From Trichosphaerium sp. ATCC 40318 (Eukaryota; Protista; Tubulinea), in contig JALMLS010000578.1 of assembly GCA_038496445.1 (NCBI GenBank), positions 1 through 64,000 of the forward strand: DNA of 64,000 bases, written 5' to 3'. The notes below the pieces were generated by a model. It had not been told where the DNA came from. It ran no database searches and saw only the letters and a program-made list of their open reading frames with translations. Positions 50,702 to 64,000 of this stretch are shown here, one piece after another. Both the position numbers and the translations under genes were made by a program. The first letter of the stretch is position 1; each line of letters begins with the position of its first letter.

Positions 50702-53499
50702 CTACTTTTCAGACTCATGGAATCCTGTGTTGATACCAGTTGATAGATCATCGTCCCACCAGTTAGCAGTAATAGTTTTAATTTGTGTATAAAACTTGAG
50801 ACCTTCCTAAAAGAAGCAAAATTGATTAGAGCACAAACATACAACCAACAAAAAAAATAAAAAAAAGAGGTGAGAACAACACTGCTTGTTCACAAACGAA
50901 CAGCCCCCTCAATAAAATGTAAAACAAAAGGTTTGATTCTGTAGAACTACATCATCGGATAACTTTTAAAAAAGACAGGCAAGGTGAGTGTCGAGGAGAC
51001 AGTAAAGAAAGAAAAGGGAAATTTTTTTTTACCTTTCCATAAAAGTTGGTTGAACCGATGAAAGATTTCTTTGATCCAGTGAAACTAAACATTGGAAGAG
51101 GTACTGGAATAGGCAAGTTGATACCAATCTTAAAGGCATGTGTTAGAACAAAAAGAGAGTAAACAGAAAAAAGATAAAAGAGAACGTACCTGACCAACAT
51201 CTACTTCTCTCTGGAACTTTCTTGCGACAGATCCTGATTGTGTAAACACAGCAGTACCATTACCATAATCATTATCATTAATAAGTTTAATAGCTTCATC
51301 AAGGTTACTAGCAGTCATGATACACAATACAGGTCCAAATATTTCTTCTTTGTAAACCTAGAATAACCATCAATGACACGCCGAAAAAAAAAAAAGTTAT
51401 CAAGACGCACTGTCATATCAGGAGTAACATCTGTAATCACTGTAGGTCCCATGAAATAACCATTGGAGTTAGCAGCTGGTAGATCTAAGGTGAAGATTAA
51501 TACAAACAGGAAAGAATCAGTTAGACAAGCGTACCAAGTTGGGAGCGTCCATCAAGAGCGATTGAAGCACCTTCTCCCTTTGCTAAAAAATGAAGATTAA
51601 TCAAAAAAAAAAGAAGCTTCTCTGTGTCACGTGCCTGTATCAAGAATTTTATTTACACGATCATACGAGTCTTTAGAGATGAGTGGTCCAAAGTCATTAC
51701 CATCAACATTTGGTGGACCAACTTTAAGCTTAGAAGCCTTTTCTACAACATCAGGAATCCTGTTTTGGTTGAAAATCGGTTAATATCATCACTACGTAAC
51801 AACTGCTTCATGTCGTACCATTCTTTTGCAGCACCAACAAATATACATACAGGTAACGCCATACAACGTTGTCCTGTATTACCAAAAGCAGCACCAATAA
51901 TAGAATCAATGGTACGTCCCTTTTGTGCGTCCGGCATGATTGCTGCGTGATTCTTGGCAGCCATGTTGGCTTGTACACGTTTTCCGTTTGCAGTTGCACG
52001 GCTATGGATGTGTTCTCCAGCAGTGTTAGATCCTAGAATATGTAAGTCGTAGAAGGAAGACAAAAGTCAAGTGACAAGAAAATAATAAAAAATAATGGTA
52101 CCAACAAAGGAAACTGCTTTGATGTTAGGATCATCGCAGACGAAATTAACTGCATCGTGGCGTCCATGTATGATATTAAATGTTCCCTTTGGGAACTTGG
52201 CTTCCTGTGCAAGTTCTGCCATTACCATAGCAGCACCTAAAGAGAACTTCGTTAGTCAAAAAAACAACAAAAGAAAATTAAATAAAAACACCAAAAAACG
52301 TACTTGGTACACGCTCTGAAGGCTTCATAATAAATGTGTTACCAGCGGCCATAGCGACAGGGAACATCTAACATAATTTAGGAGCAATCAATAAACAAGA
52401 GTAACAATAAATAAGCCCGGTGTGACGCCGCCAAAAAAAAAAAAAAAAAAAAAAGAAACCCAAAAAAACAGTTCAGAAAGCGTACCCAAAGAGGAATCAT
52501 TGCTGGGAAGTTAAAAGGACATACACCAGCGCATACACCAAGTGGCTCGCGGAAGCTATAAGCGTCAACACTTGAACTAATACCACCAACAGTTTCTCCC
52601 ATTAAAAGCGACGTGGCAGAAGCTGAGTGTTCGACAACCTCTGGGAAAACAAGCGTGTTAGCGGGGGAAAGCAAAACGGTAAAGAAATGTCGGATTACGC
52701 CAGCGAAAAAGCGAAAAAAATAAATTTAGATCGTGATTGATCTTTCTTTGGTGTTTTATCAACGTATGGCGTACCTAACCCTCTGAATACATCCCCTCGG
52801 GCATCACCAGGTACTTTACCACCTTCTTCTACAATAGTAGCAGCGATACGGTCCTTTTGAAGTGTAAAAAAAAGAGGTTTGATAAAAAAGTTGAAAATAA
52901 AGCGTTGCTCACCATATTTTTGACTACCAAGTCTCGGTAAGTGAACATATACCTTACGCGGTTTGAAACAGACATGTTTCGCCATTCCTGCCAGAAAAGT
53001 TTTTTAGAAGGTAAAGTTGGTCGTTAACGGCAGCGCTAAATTGCTACTAAAATGTGCTGGGGTAAAGCATGCATACGTGAAAAGCGTTTTGAGCCGAGTC
53101 AGAGGCTAATTTCATTTCTTCTTGTGTTGCGTCCGGTACTTTACGTAGAGGCTCACCAGTTGACTAATACAGGCGTTAATGGTACAATGACGTTATGTAC
53201 TTTGGTTTTTACGTACTGGATTTCTAACAATAAAGTGAGACGTAGCCTTAGACTCTACAAACTCGCCATTGATGAATAAGGGCACAGATGGCTAAATTTG
53301 TTTTTAGGTTTTTTTTTTGGGTTTAACATATTCCCTAGCGACGTTACGTACCACATCTCGTGTTCCTCTAGTGGTAGAAAACGCGCGAGTAGAAGAAGCA
53401 CGCTAAAAAGTTAGGTGAGAAGAGATTATTCAGCTCAGGGTTTAACGTTAGTCGTACAGTTGGTTTTACGGTGGCACGAGAAGCAACTCTGAGCATCAT
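50702..53499 (-). CDS. ALDH6A1: Methylmalonate-semialdehyde dehydrogenase
   Basis: [72 protein letters not shown]; many exons. Confidence 0.96.
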
Positions 53500-53772
53500 T
53501 TTTTTGGTATTTTGAACGATTCAGGCAAGACCGTCGTACTAAGTTTGGTACGATATTTCACTCTCAAATCCCTAAAAATACTGCACACTGCGTCAAATAG
53601 GGAGGAGTTATAGTAGCAAACTAGTTTCTGAGATAGCACGCGAGATAGGCTACCCTGACTTGATTATTTTCGAGTTAAGTTGTATCTTCAACTCTTGACC
53701 TTTAAAACACCAACTGCTAACCACGTGGCTGGCTATGGTGGTTGTACAGTTGGTATACACGCTATAGAAACA

Positions 53773-54982
53773 ATGCCTGTAAAGAAAAAGTACATTACAC
53801 TACTTTTAATCACGTGGTGTTGTATTGCTATTTCTGCCTATCTGTACTACTCAACACACGCACGAACCATCTTTTATGAACTTATTTCTTTAAACCATTA
53901 ATGTAGAATGTTTAGACGCCAGAAAAACACCGCATTGATCGTACTGCATTGTCAGAAAACCAATCATATCCTTCTACAATAAAAACAACGTCAGAATCTC
54001 CCAACGATGTCACGACTTTACCAACGGGATTCCCCAGCGCTTTAAACGCTTCCAGTAGTACTATTGACAGTGAAACTACATTGAACGATTTTAAGTTCTT
54101 ATTGTTCACGTGTGCGCCACTTTATCACCACAAAAGCATTCTGATAGTATAGTTAGCTGGTGCAACAGCATGGAGGATGGAAGTCATGTTGAACACTTGG
54201 TTGAAACACGTGCCTTCTGACTCTTTTGTTATTTACACAGATGGCTCTAACTTATCATTTCCGAATATACGTACTGTTGATGCAAAGGAATCAGGGCATA
54301 GGTGCGAGATACTGATTTTGGTTTTTTGTTGACCTGGTTGTTGCAGGTTAAGTGAGCGCGTTCCTCTTGCTTTTGTTGATGCTTTTACTAACTTTCCTGA
54401 TAAGAAGTGGTATTTCAAGTTGGATGACGACACTATGCTTGTGCGTTCAATAGCTTGGCGTCTTATTCTGTTCTCATAAAAAACAACCAGGTAGCACAAA
54501 ATCTGATTAAAGTATTCAATGAAAAAAAATTTGATTGGCGCAAAAATCTGTTCATGGGCGAACGTAGAGAAAAGAGGATAGGCGTTTACTGTGATGGTAT
54601 GTTCTTTAAAAATAGTTAAAATAAATAACCCAATAAAAGGTGGTGCAGGATACATGCTATCACGTCCACTTCTTAGTCATCTTGTTAAAAACAAAATGGA
54701 AACATCCTTCACTTCAATATGTAAAGATAAAGGAGAGGTAACTCATGGTGTTTCTACCAATTTTGAGGAGTTCTCAATCTTGTGTATTAATAAATATAGG
54801 ATGTATGTATGGCTTGGGTGATTGACAGTCTAGCAAAGGAAAAGTGTACAAATATACCCGGATTCTTTCATCATTACAAACATGCAAAGGAGAATCCAAA
54901 AATAACACCTGTTACATTTCATCGTCTCAGGAAGAATCAAAAACAGATTATGCGGTTTTACAATTATTATTACCCCACGTGA
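53773..54982 (+). CDS. Fringe-like/GT31 glycosyltransferase, type II membrane
   Basis: N-terminal TM segment, S/T-rich stem, LNTWLK, WYFKLDDDT, YCDGGAGYMLSR, EDV, TFH. Confidence 0.85.
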
Positions 54983-55295
54983 TTAAAGTCCTTTTGTACA
55001 ATACAGAATTTATGAAATGTTTTTATTGAACGTCCTGCTGTGGAGGATGACGTGTCACACCAGTAAAATTCTCAGGCTTTTTCTTCCTTGATTACTTTTT
55101 CTCCATGTCAACTGTTGAGTTGTACCAGCATCTTGATTGTAGGAAAGAATCTCTTGGTAGAATATTGAGTGTTTATAAATGTGACAATGGGATGTAACTT
55201 AACCGGAAGGACTGCGAATTCACGAATTCGCTTAAAAGTTCCGAGGATTTAATTCTGATTCAGTAAAAATCATAATAAAAGTTGTCATACTAACG

Positions 55296-56789
<1,494 letters not shown>

Positions 56790-57228
56790 AAAGCACAATG
56801 GTTGCTCTCACTTATACTCAAAATAAAAATCCTTCCTTGAAAGTGTTGAATGTATTAAAAGTACGAAATTGAGGGTCCTCCCTACCTAAAATCACTCTTC
56901 ATTGGTATACTATTTACTCACCAATCATGCCAAACTGAGGGTTACCCCTCCATAAAATTTATCCATGGATAAACTGATTAAGTTCGAGGGTGCCCTCCCC
57001 TTAAGAAAAAAAAACTCAAGAAAGAGCTTTCTTTACAAACTGTCTGATTTTGCGAGCAACAGCTAGTTTTCCACCTAGTAGCAAAGCAATTTGCAACTTC
57101 TTGCATTGTTACATGCTCACTAAAAAACACCAACAGTCCTCACACAATCTAATACAGGCATGACTTTTAAGAGGATACGTAACAAAACCTGGGTAGATAA
57201 AACAATTTTTGTGAATTTATTGTTTTTT

Positions 57229-58176
57229 CTAACAGCTTGGAAAGAACATACTAGTCTTAGCTTTATACTCTTCCCAACCCTCTCGTTTGGACATATATTC
57301 TGCAGGAAAAGCACCTGTAAAGTATACAAGAATATGATATATAGCTGGGCTTACATAGAACAAACAACCCATAATGACAGCGCCTTGCCAACCACTTAAC
57401 AACCTTAAGCCAGAAGGTATTGAAGCGATGATAAGTCCGTTCCAAACCATCCATTCTCCGAAATAGTTTGGATGTCTTGTATACCTCCATAAGCCAACAT
57501 TACAAATACCTCCAGCGTTCTTTTTTATAAAAGCCTTTTTTTGTAAATCACCCACGTGCTCAAAAACAAATCCGAAAATCCAAAAAGTCAGTCCAACCAT
57601 TTCAAATGTACTAAAATTGGTTGTTGTGTCAGCAGCGATGATGTAGCTTGGTAGTCCTCCCAGCGTAATATTTAGTAAAGCTTGGTACCAGATATCTTTT
57701 TGCATATGCATTTTTCCTTGGAAAGTATCAAGAAATCCTTCTCCGTGCTCTTGTTTCCATAACATTTTATGAAATTGATATCTCTTGAACTCTGATAAGT
57801 TCCCTTTACTGGAAACAACATATCCGCGCATTGGTAAACCCATTCTAAGTCCAGCTAGAAGGTAACAAGCAGCGAAAACGTAACCTTTGGCAAAATGACC
57901 GTTTTGGGCTGTCCAGAATATCTGTTGTACTCCCATGGCTACCAGGCCCCAAGGCCATGCTAGATCAACCCACGACATTATACCAGTGCGATAGGATGGA
58001 AATGCAGCGCAAAACAAGAAAACAAGTGTTTGTAAGATTACATTGACGATAGTTGCTGTAGAAAGTGGTGATTGGATCAGGGCTACAAAGCAAAGCGTCA
58101 TTACGAAGTAGTTTAACCAACCAACAGCATTATTTATTGTTTTGACATTTTCTAGTTCTGCTGCGCTTGCCGGCAT
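57229..58176 (-). CDS. DUF1295 (steroid 5-alpha-reductase-like) membrane protein, intronless
   Basis: SWVDLAW, EHVGDLQK, GLWRYTRHPNYFGEW, TSMFFP. Confidence 0.9.
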   Translation of the reverse strand: MPASAAELENVKTINNAVGWLNYFVMTLCFVALIQSPLSTATIVNVILQTLVFLFCAAFPSYRTGIMSWVDLAWPWGLVAMGVQQIFWTAQNGHFAKGYVFAACYLLAGLRMGLPMRGYVVSSKGNLSEFKRYQFHKMLWKQEHGEGFLDTFQGKMHMQKDIWYQALLNITLGGLPSYIIAADTTTNFSTFEMVGLTFWIFGFVFEHVGDLQKKAFIKKNAGGICNVGLWRYTRHPNYFGEWMVWNGLIIASIPSGLRLLSGWQGAVIMGCLFYVSPAIYHILVYFTGAFPAEYMSKREGWEEYKAKTSMFFPSC

Positions 58177-58390
58177 CTTATACGTTGTTTATCAACTGGA
58201 AAATGACATTTCTCAACTCCTTAACGGAAATCGTTAAGTAAAGTACAAAATCGTCTTGAACCGCTCGTTAGCGGCCCAATGAGCGTTTGGCAACACATCT
58301 ATAATATTTCTCAGGTACAGTGCAAGATACCACATAAAAGGTATTCTCAGGGTTACCAAACATTGTTAGCGAGACGCTTAGTACTTTGTT

Positions 58391-58446
58391 GATAAAGTGT
58401 CAGATAAGTTATGATAACTTTTAGATAAACACGTGATTTTTTTATC
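58391..58446. promoter_or_regulatory. Phased GATAA cluster plus CACGTG upstream of the DUF1295 gene
   Basis: GATAA at 58391, 58403, 58413 and 58424; CACGTG at 58430; TTATC near 58442. Confidence 0.4.
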
Positions 58447-58593
58447 AGCTATGATTTACGAATGACTTGATTCATTCGACTTTATATTCTTTTAATGTTA
58501 GTTGTCGTGGATATAAAGGACAGAGAGCAAAATATGTATTCGCAAACACGTTTTTGGAATTTTTTTATTTTTTTTCTATAATTGATTGTTGAC

Positions 58594-61588
58594 TTAGATC
58601 ACTTCAATCAGTTCCTCAACAAATGTCTTTCCAGATACAAGCTTAGTAGTAGCAATAATAAACTCCCGATCTATTATAAAACGTTAATGGAACCTGAAAC
58701 GAGAAAAAAGAAGAAAAAAAAGTACGGTTGCGTATGTACCTTCAAACTTTTGTGCCAAAAATCGGACAGCTGATATCTCTGTAAATGTAACACCTGAGAA
58801 TTTTACATTAGTAAAACAACAAAAAAAGCTGTGGTATGAATTAAATCAAAATAATTACCACCAAGAAAGAAAACTAATGTCAATTTAGACTGTTCATTTG
58901 ATCGTTGCACTGTTGTCTTCTGTACAGCCGAAAAGCTTGGTCCTGGTACTAGCTTTACGGCTTCATCTACTTTACTTCCAGCGTAAGCCCATCCTTGTTT
59001 CTAAAGAAGAACGTAAGCGTGATGTACGACGGTAAGAAGAATCTTAATTTTTTCTTAAAAGATATCGTACTGTTATTGCTTCGTTTGTTTTTTGCTCATT
59101 TGATGTTGCACGTGATTGTGTCCCATTGTTTTTATCAGAACCTTCTGATGTTGAACCGCCACCAAAACGTCCAAGTGTTTCAGCAATAGGTAGTAAACGA
59201 ATTGCTCTGGAAGCAGCCTTGGATGTTGTTTCAATCTTCGGCTCTTTTCCTGGCGATCCTTGAAGAGCAAACTCGACTAATCTAACGGATAGTGGAGCAT
59301 AACCAGAGTATACATATGCTATATCATCAGGCACACTTTCATTAACATTACGAACAATCTAAGTGAAAGTTAATTAACAAAAGCAAACAGAACTTAAACA
59401 AGTATCAAGGCTTAACAAAAAAAACTTTGTTGAAAAAAAACACGTGCGTACCAGGTTGAAAAGGTTCTTTATACGATCAAATGGATTTGAACGATCTTTT
59501 TGTTTTGTGAAAAGTCCAAGTTTTGTTAAATTATCAAGTGTGAACATGAACTCGTGTCCATAAGTTTGAAGTATTTCTCTGTATATGTGTGTGAAAAGTT
59601 TATCTTTTATACCGTTCCTTGTATAGGAAAATAGTATAAGAAGCCTCAACACTTTAACTAAAGGCTCTTGCTTTGCAATAGACTCTTCAATATATTCAAA
59701 AGTAGGCCCGATATCTTCTCCAGCGAGCAAACCTAAAAAAAAGGAAAAAAGTAAGATTACACGTGCGATTCAAAAATCCGAAGATCTTTTTTTAGAAACT
59801 TGTTATGGGCGTACACTGTTCTGCTTCTAGTCGCCTATGGAATGATGGATTGACTGTTATCTTTGCTAACTTCTGTACTACGTTTGTATGTATACGTAAT
59901 GCGTTGTGTTCGGCCTGGTAGTTACCCAGGTTCTTCATAAACTCTTTTATCTCTGATACTGTCTTTGCTTTATGTCTTGCTTTATAAAACTCATCAACAA
60001 CTTTTGCTTTTGCATTTAAGATAGAAGATAGCTTAGAAAAGTTGCAATCACGGATATCACGAAATATTTTATCTGTTGAGTTCAAAGGAGTCTTTATATC
60101 ATTCTTTGGCATTGGTTTATCTTTGTGAGCAACCTAAGAAGACTTCAGTTAGACGTTTGTGTGGGAAAAAGCAGTTATCTCATTCATTGAACGTCTTATT
60201 TTCCTTTACGTACTTTGTCGAGTACCATCTCAGGTGGTAAATCAATTGAACTATTCTTTATACCAAATACTTCATCTACTAAACCTTCATATGTGAGTTG
60301 AGTGAGAAGAGGTGTTATAGGGTCAACAGATCTATCAATTAAAATAAGAGTATCAATCTCTGCTTTATCACTATCCAGATGCTGTGACATTTCGCCTCTC
60401 ATACGCGACATCATTTGCCATATCAGCTATTAAACATTGTAAGACATTTAAAAGATGTTGTAGATCATATGGTGCCAAGAGTCAAAGAAAAAGGGAATCA
60501 CGTGCGGCGGCAAAAAAAAAAGCAAAAAAAAGAGCGTTGAAAATTCTTGGCTAACCTGCGCTGCTGATCCCTTTCCTACTATATTTGGTATTATACCGTA
60601 GTTCGCTTGAATCTTCATTAAGGATCTAGCTACTTGATAAAGTGGCTCACGATCCCCTAGAAGTGCAAAATTTCGAAAAGAATTAGGTATCTCCATTGAA
60701 AGAACATCATCATCAAAAGGTATCATGTGTATTGGTAAATCGTTTATATTAGTTTTACCAATATCTACAAAGAGTAATAAGTATAGAGACAAGTTAGAAA
60801 AACAAAAAAGAGAAGAAGATAATGAAGTAACTCCTTAAAAACGCCCCCGAATTCAAGTAGTTTTTGCAACTTTTATTTGAAAACAAGTTGACAACTCCTT
60901 CTCTTGTTCGTACCTTGTAGGATACCTAACTCCTCTATACGTCTCTCTGTTATCAAGTTTCTCTCTGGAGCGAACCACAAGAAGTAGCGCTTCTGTACTG
61001 AAGAAGAACTTTTATGTCCTTGGATTTGTTCTGCAATCCATTCAATGTATTCAATCCTAGTAGTTTTGTGGTTTTAGCGTTGAGTGTAAAATTCTGTTGT
61101 CAAAAAAAGTGATTTTGCTTCTTTGCGCCCAATTTGGCTGTTGTTTGAATGGTATGTGATTTCTACGCGTCAGCGTACCTGGGGCGTATGATGTAGATAA
61201 TTGTAGACACCTGAGTATCGAGCTTTCCTTGTGACAGTAGAAAAATGCGAACACCGTGTTCCTTAGTGACAAGTGAGCGTACTAGAACAATTTTTGCTCG
61301 ATCGTACTCTAAATAACGACATATCCGCAATTAAGCCCAAAGGTCCAACCAATTGTGGATCTGATACCATTGTTACTTCACAAAAATGTTTGAGAGCAAA
61401 TACGTACCAAGCACTAATGTTTTTGGTCCTTCGCCAGCCTGTGAAGTACCAACGTTAGTAAAACGTAATTTTAACCTACAACGCACCTTCTCAAGTACAT
61501 TCACTTTAATCTCGTGTTTTGTTTCAGTCCGTAACCTCTCGAGGTCAATTTTAGCATTATCCAGCGACGGCATGCCCGTAGCGGCCAT
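58594..61588 (-). CDS. VPS33: Sec1/Munc18 family protein Vps33
   Basis: LVLDPQLVGPLGLIA, IPFDDDVLSME, LILIDRSVDPITPLLTQLTYEGLVDEVFGI, DIAYVYSGYAPLSVRLV, VFFLGGVTFTEISAVRF. Confidence 0.95.
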
Positions 61589-61669
61589 GGTGTATTCGTG
61601 TAGGAAAAGTCTGAAGTGTTTACTCTTATTGACCTTTCTTCTTCAAAGAACCGACTGTTTGGCGCCTAC

Positions 61670-62190
61670 ATGTCATCTCCTGGCAAGAGTTATACTTGGG
61701 AAGAGATTGCTAAACACAACAAAGACGACGACGCTTGGATGGTAATCAACGATTTGGTTTACGACGTTACAGACTACAAAGAGTTTCACCCGGGAGGCCA
61801 AGCTGTTCTGGACGATATATTAGCTGAAGATGCCACAGAAGAGTAAGTTGCCTGTATAAAATACTGTTTACGCTTTGATTGGGTCCTTATACTCGTCAGA
61901 CCGCATTTTCTAAGAGTTTGAAGCTTCCACGACATTGGGCACTCAACGGATGCAACTGACATGCTTGCAACCCTCCTCATAGGAAAATTAAGCGTACGGC
62001 TTGCTTTATAAGTGAATCTAAAAAAGACACCCCAGCCGAATTCTCCGCTCCCCAAACCTAGAAAAAATACCAATTGCTCATTGAGTACGCCCAACCTGAG
62101 CGAAGCTAAGTTGACACCGTTGTAGAATCAGTAGTTGCCTTTTGTGTCGTCACATCGCTGGCAATTGCTGTATACTATGTATACTTGTAG
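61670..62190 (+). CDS. Cytochrome b5 with a probable C-terminal anchor
   Basis: WMVINDLVYDVT...HPGG...DATE.FHDIGHS; last exons uncertain. Confidence 0.9.
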
Positions 62191-62551
62191 ATGCAATCCA
62201 ATAATCACGTGTTTGCAAATGATTCTGAAGAGCATTGAGTGAACTTGAACAGTATTGAAAGGGAGTGGAATACCTCACTTGTTATACAACAAATACGTAA
62301 AGTGCGACAGCTCGAACCATCAAAAACGGCTAGTTTGTGCAATAAGCTACAAAAAAAATAAACAAAAATCAACTAAAACCAAGTTTCTTGCAATTACACA
62401 ATCCCTCTGCGAGAAAGAAAAAAATCAAAAAAAACAGTTTCGTATGTTCTTATTTCAGTAAAGATTACATATCAATCAATTGTATTTATTAACATTCTTT
62501 TCCAAATAAAGTAAGTACAGAGCGCGAATCAATCTCTTTTCACGTTTAAAT

Positions 62552-62889
62552 CTAGCCGAGGTGCATTCTTCGTTGCCTAACAAACCATAGGCTCACTTGC
62601 CTATATTCATACCACATTCTTCGGCAATGGCGTTTTTCTGATCTATGCTTGGAAATGGGGTGTGCCACTGGTCATTGTACCACTGTTGTAATAAGATCAG
62701 TTGTTCAAGTGATATCACGCTGTTGTTGTAGTACATTCTTCTTTGCGTAACGACCCATAGGCTCACTTGACCTACAGTCATACCACATTTTTCGGAAAGG
62801 ACTTTTTTTTGAGCAGTGGTTGGAAATGGGCTGTGCCAGTGGTCATTGTACCATTGTTGTAATATGATGAGTTGCTCGAGTGTGGTCAT
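62552..62889 (-). CDS. Double TALE-class homeodomain mini-protein (apparent 1-nt deletion near 62599)
   Basis: Two LQQWYNDxWHxPFP...GM.xGQVSLW units. The second recognition helix (VSLWFVRQRRM) lies in the shifted frame. Confidence 0.8.
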
Positions 62890-63526
62890 GCTGTTGGTAT
62901 TGTTGGCGTTGCGTTATTATGTTTAAATAGGACGCTCTAGTGGTAGAAATCAATCATCAACTTTTTTCGAAATACCAACATGAAAGCAGAAACAAGATAA
63001 GTGAAAACATGCAGCATTTTGCTGGTTTTGGTGGCACCCCTTTGATTGATATTTAGTTACCTTTGATTCACCTAATTAAACAGTCCTTACGCTCAACAAA
63101 CATCAACGCTGTCGCTATAACGTGTAAAGTGCAGTTGCTCGAAATAATAAAAACTAGCAAAATTGACAATGAGTCGGTTATCGGTCCTCGTATCTAGAGG
63201 ACCAGAGGCATACAAAGTGACTACACTCATAAACAAATAAATCCAGGTACAAACTTGGGAAAAATAAACGGTAATAGCATGAAATGCATCAACTACGCAT
63301 GGGAATTGATAACATGAGGTCCTTTGTTGCGAAAATAAAACAAAAATGTTTTTATTGAAGAGCGACTCAAATTGACGTTTTACTGCGTAGTAGTGATCCA
63401 AAGTAGATATTAATACGTTTATTAAGAAAAATTATAACATTGATACAAAGGCTCCAAAACAAGCAAGTTCTGAATACTATCATTTCTCCTCCCTTTTTGG
63501 AATTCGGCTTTCGCTCATCTCAGCCT

Positions 63527-63721
63527 TCATTGTTGAGGATGTATTTCTTCTCCCTCAGCTTTTTTACTTTTTCGTAGTCTAGTGAGCCAGACGCTTACTT
63601 GGCCAATTGTTGCGCTGCATTCCTCTGCAAGAGCTTTCTTCTGTTCTACAGTCGCATATGGAGCGTCTTCATGTTCTTTGTACCAATGTTGTAAAACGTT
63701 GAGCTGCTCGAGTGTTGCCAT
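63527..63721 (-). CDS. Single TALE-class homeodomain mini-protein (64 aa)
   Basis: LQHWYKEHEDAPYATVEQKKALAEECSATIGQVSVWLTRLRK; paralog of 62552-62889 with similar upstream sequence. Confidence 0.8.
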   Translation of the reverse strand: MATLEQLNVLQHWYKEHEDAPYATVEQKKALAEECSATIGQVSVWLTRLRKSKKAEGEEIHPQQ

Positions 63722-64000
63722 GCTGTTGATGTTGTAGATGTTGTGTTATAATGCTTAAATGGAACAAGATGTTAAAATTGATAAGCGATTGATATCAATC
63801 AAGGTGAGTTATCAATCATCAACGTTTTAGGAGACGAGTGTTGTGAGCTAACTGAATACAATGTGAAAAAAAACAATGTGAACAATAAACCGCAACTTTA
63901 GGTTCTGATTGATACCTTAGTTTTCATCCCCCATCGCCCAGTGTTTGCGCAACGCCTATATCAAGGATGGGGCTGTAACGTGTAAAACTGTTGATCAAAT

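Noticed and set aside
50807-51032. Intronic snoRNA/snRNA in the long last ALDH6A1 intron
   Set aside because: Only an imperfect C box and one hairpin; no clear D box, ACA box or guide. An Infernal/Rfam search would be needed.
63963-64000. Polypurine tract followed by TGTAACG, like the start of a 3' LTR
   Set aside because: It diverges from the 103-bp LTR after 7 nt, is cut by the window edge, and has no retroelement sequence upstream.

Overview
AT-rich eukaryotic nuclear DNA, probably from a protist (species not identifiable). It uses the standard genetic code and has many short spliceosomal introns (common donor GTACGN; several GC donors and AAG acceptors). Two compartments are interleaved. 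(1) Compact, intron-rich housekeeping genes, often head-to-head: RPT3, M20 acetylornithine deacetylase, TOM40, inositol monophosphatase, ArfGAP, ETF-beta, methylmalonate-semialdehyde dehydrogenase, a GT31/fringe-like enzyme, an aldo-keto reductase, VPS33 and cytochrome b5. (2) A fast-turnover accessory compartment of F-box(-like) adaptor genes whose repeat regions have no introns: four F-box-LRR genes with a constant scaffold and a hypervariable patch per repeat, five MORN-variant repeat genes, one F-box-SUKH-like gene, and remnants of all three types. This compartment also holds two identical 103-bp solo LTRs with 5-bp target-site duplications (TSDs), a 2.1-kb inverted duplication flanked by 83-bp direct repeats, and a small insert that replaced one F-box. 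Best candidate for an undescribed system: a diversifying repertoire of SCF substrate receptors. Also notable: an uncharacterised domain fused to a catalytically dead epoxide hydrolase, tiny TALE homeobox genes surrounded by ATCAATCA sites, a divergent ubiquitin-like protein ending in GG, and a myristoylatable pseudokinase. No rRNA, tRNA or CRISPR array found. All gene models were spliced by eye, and family calls rest on motif recognition, not database searches.
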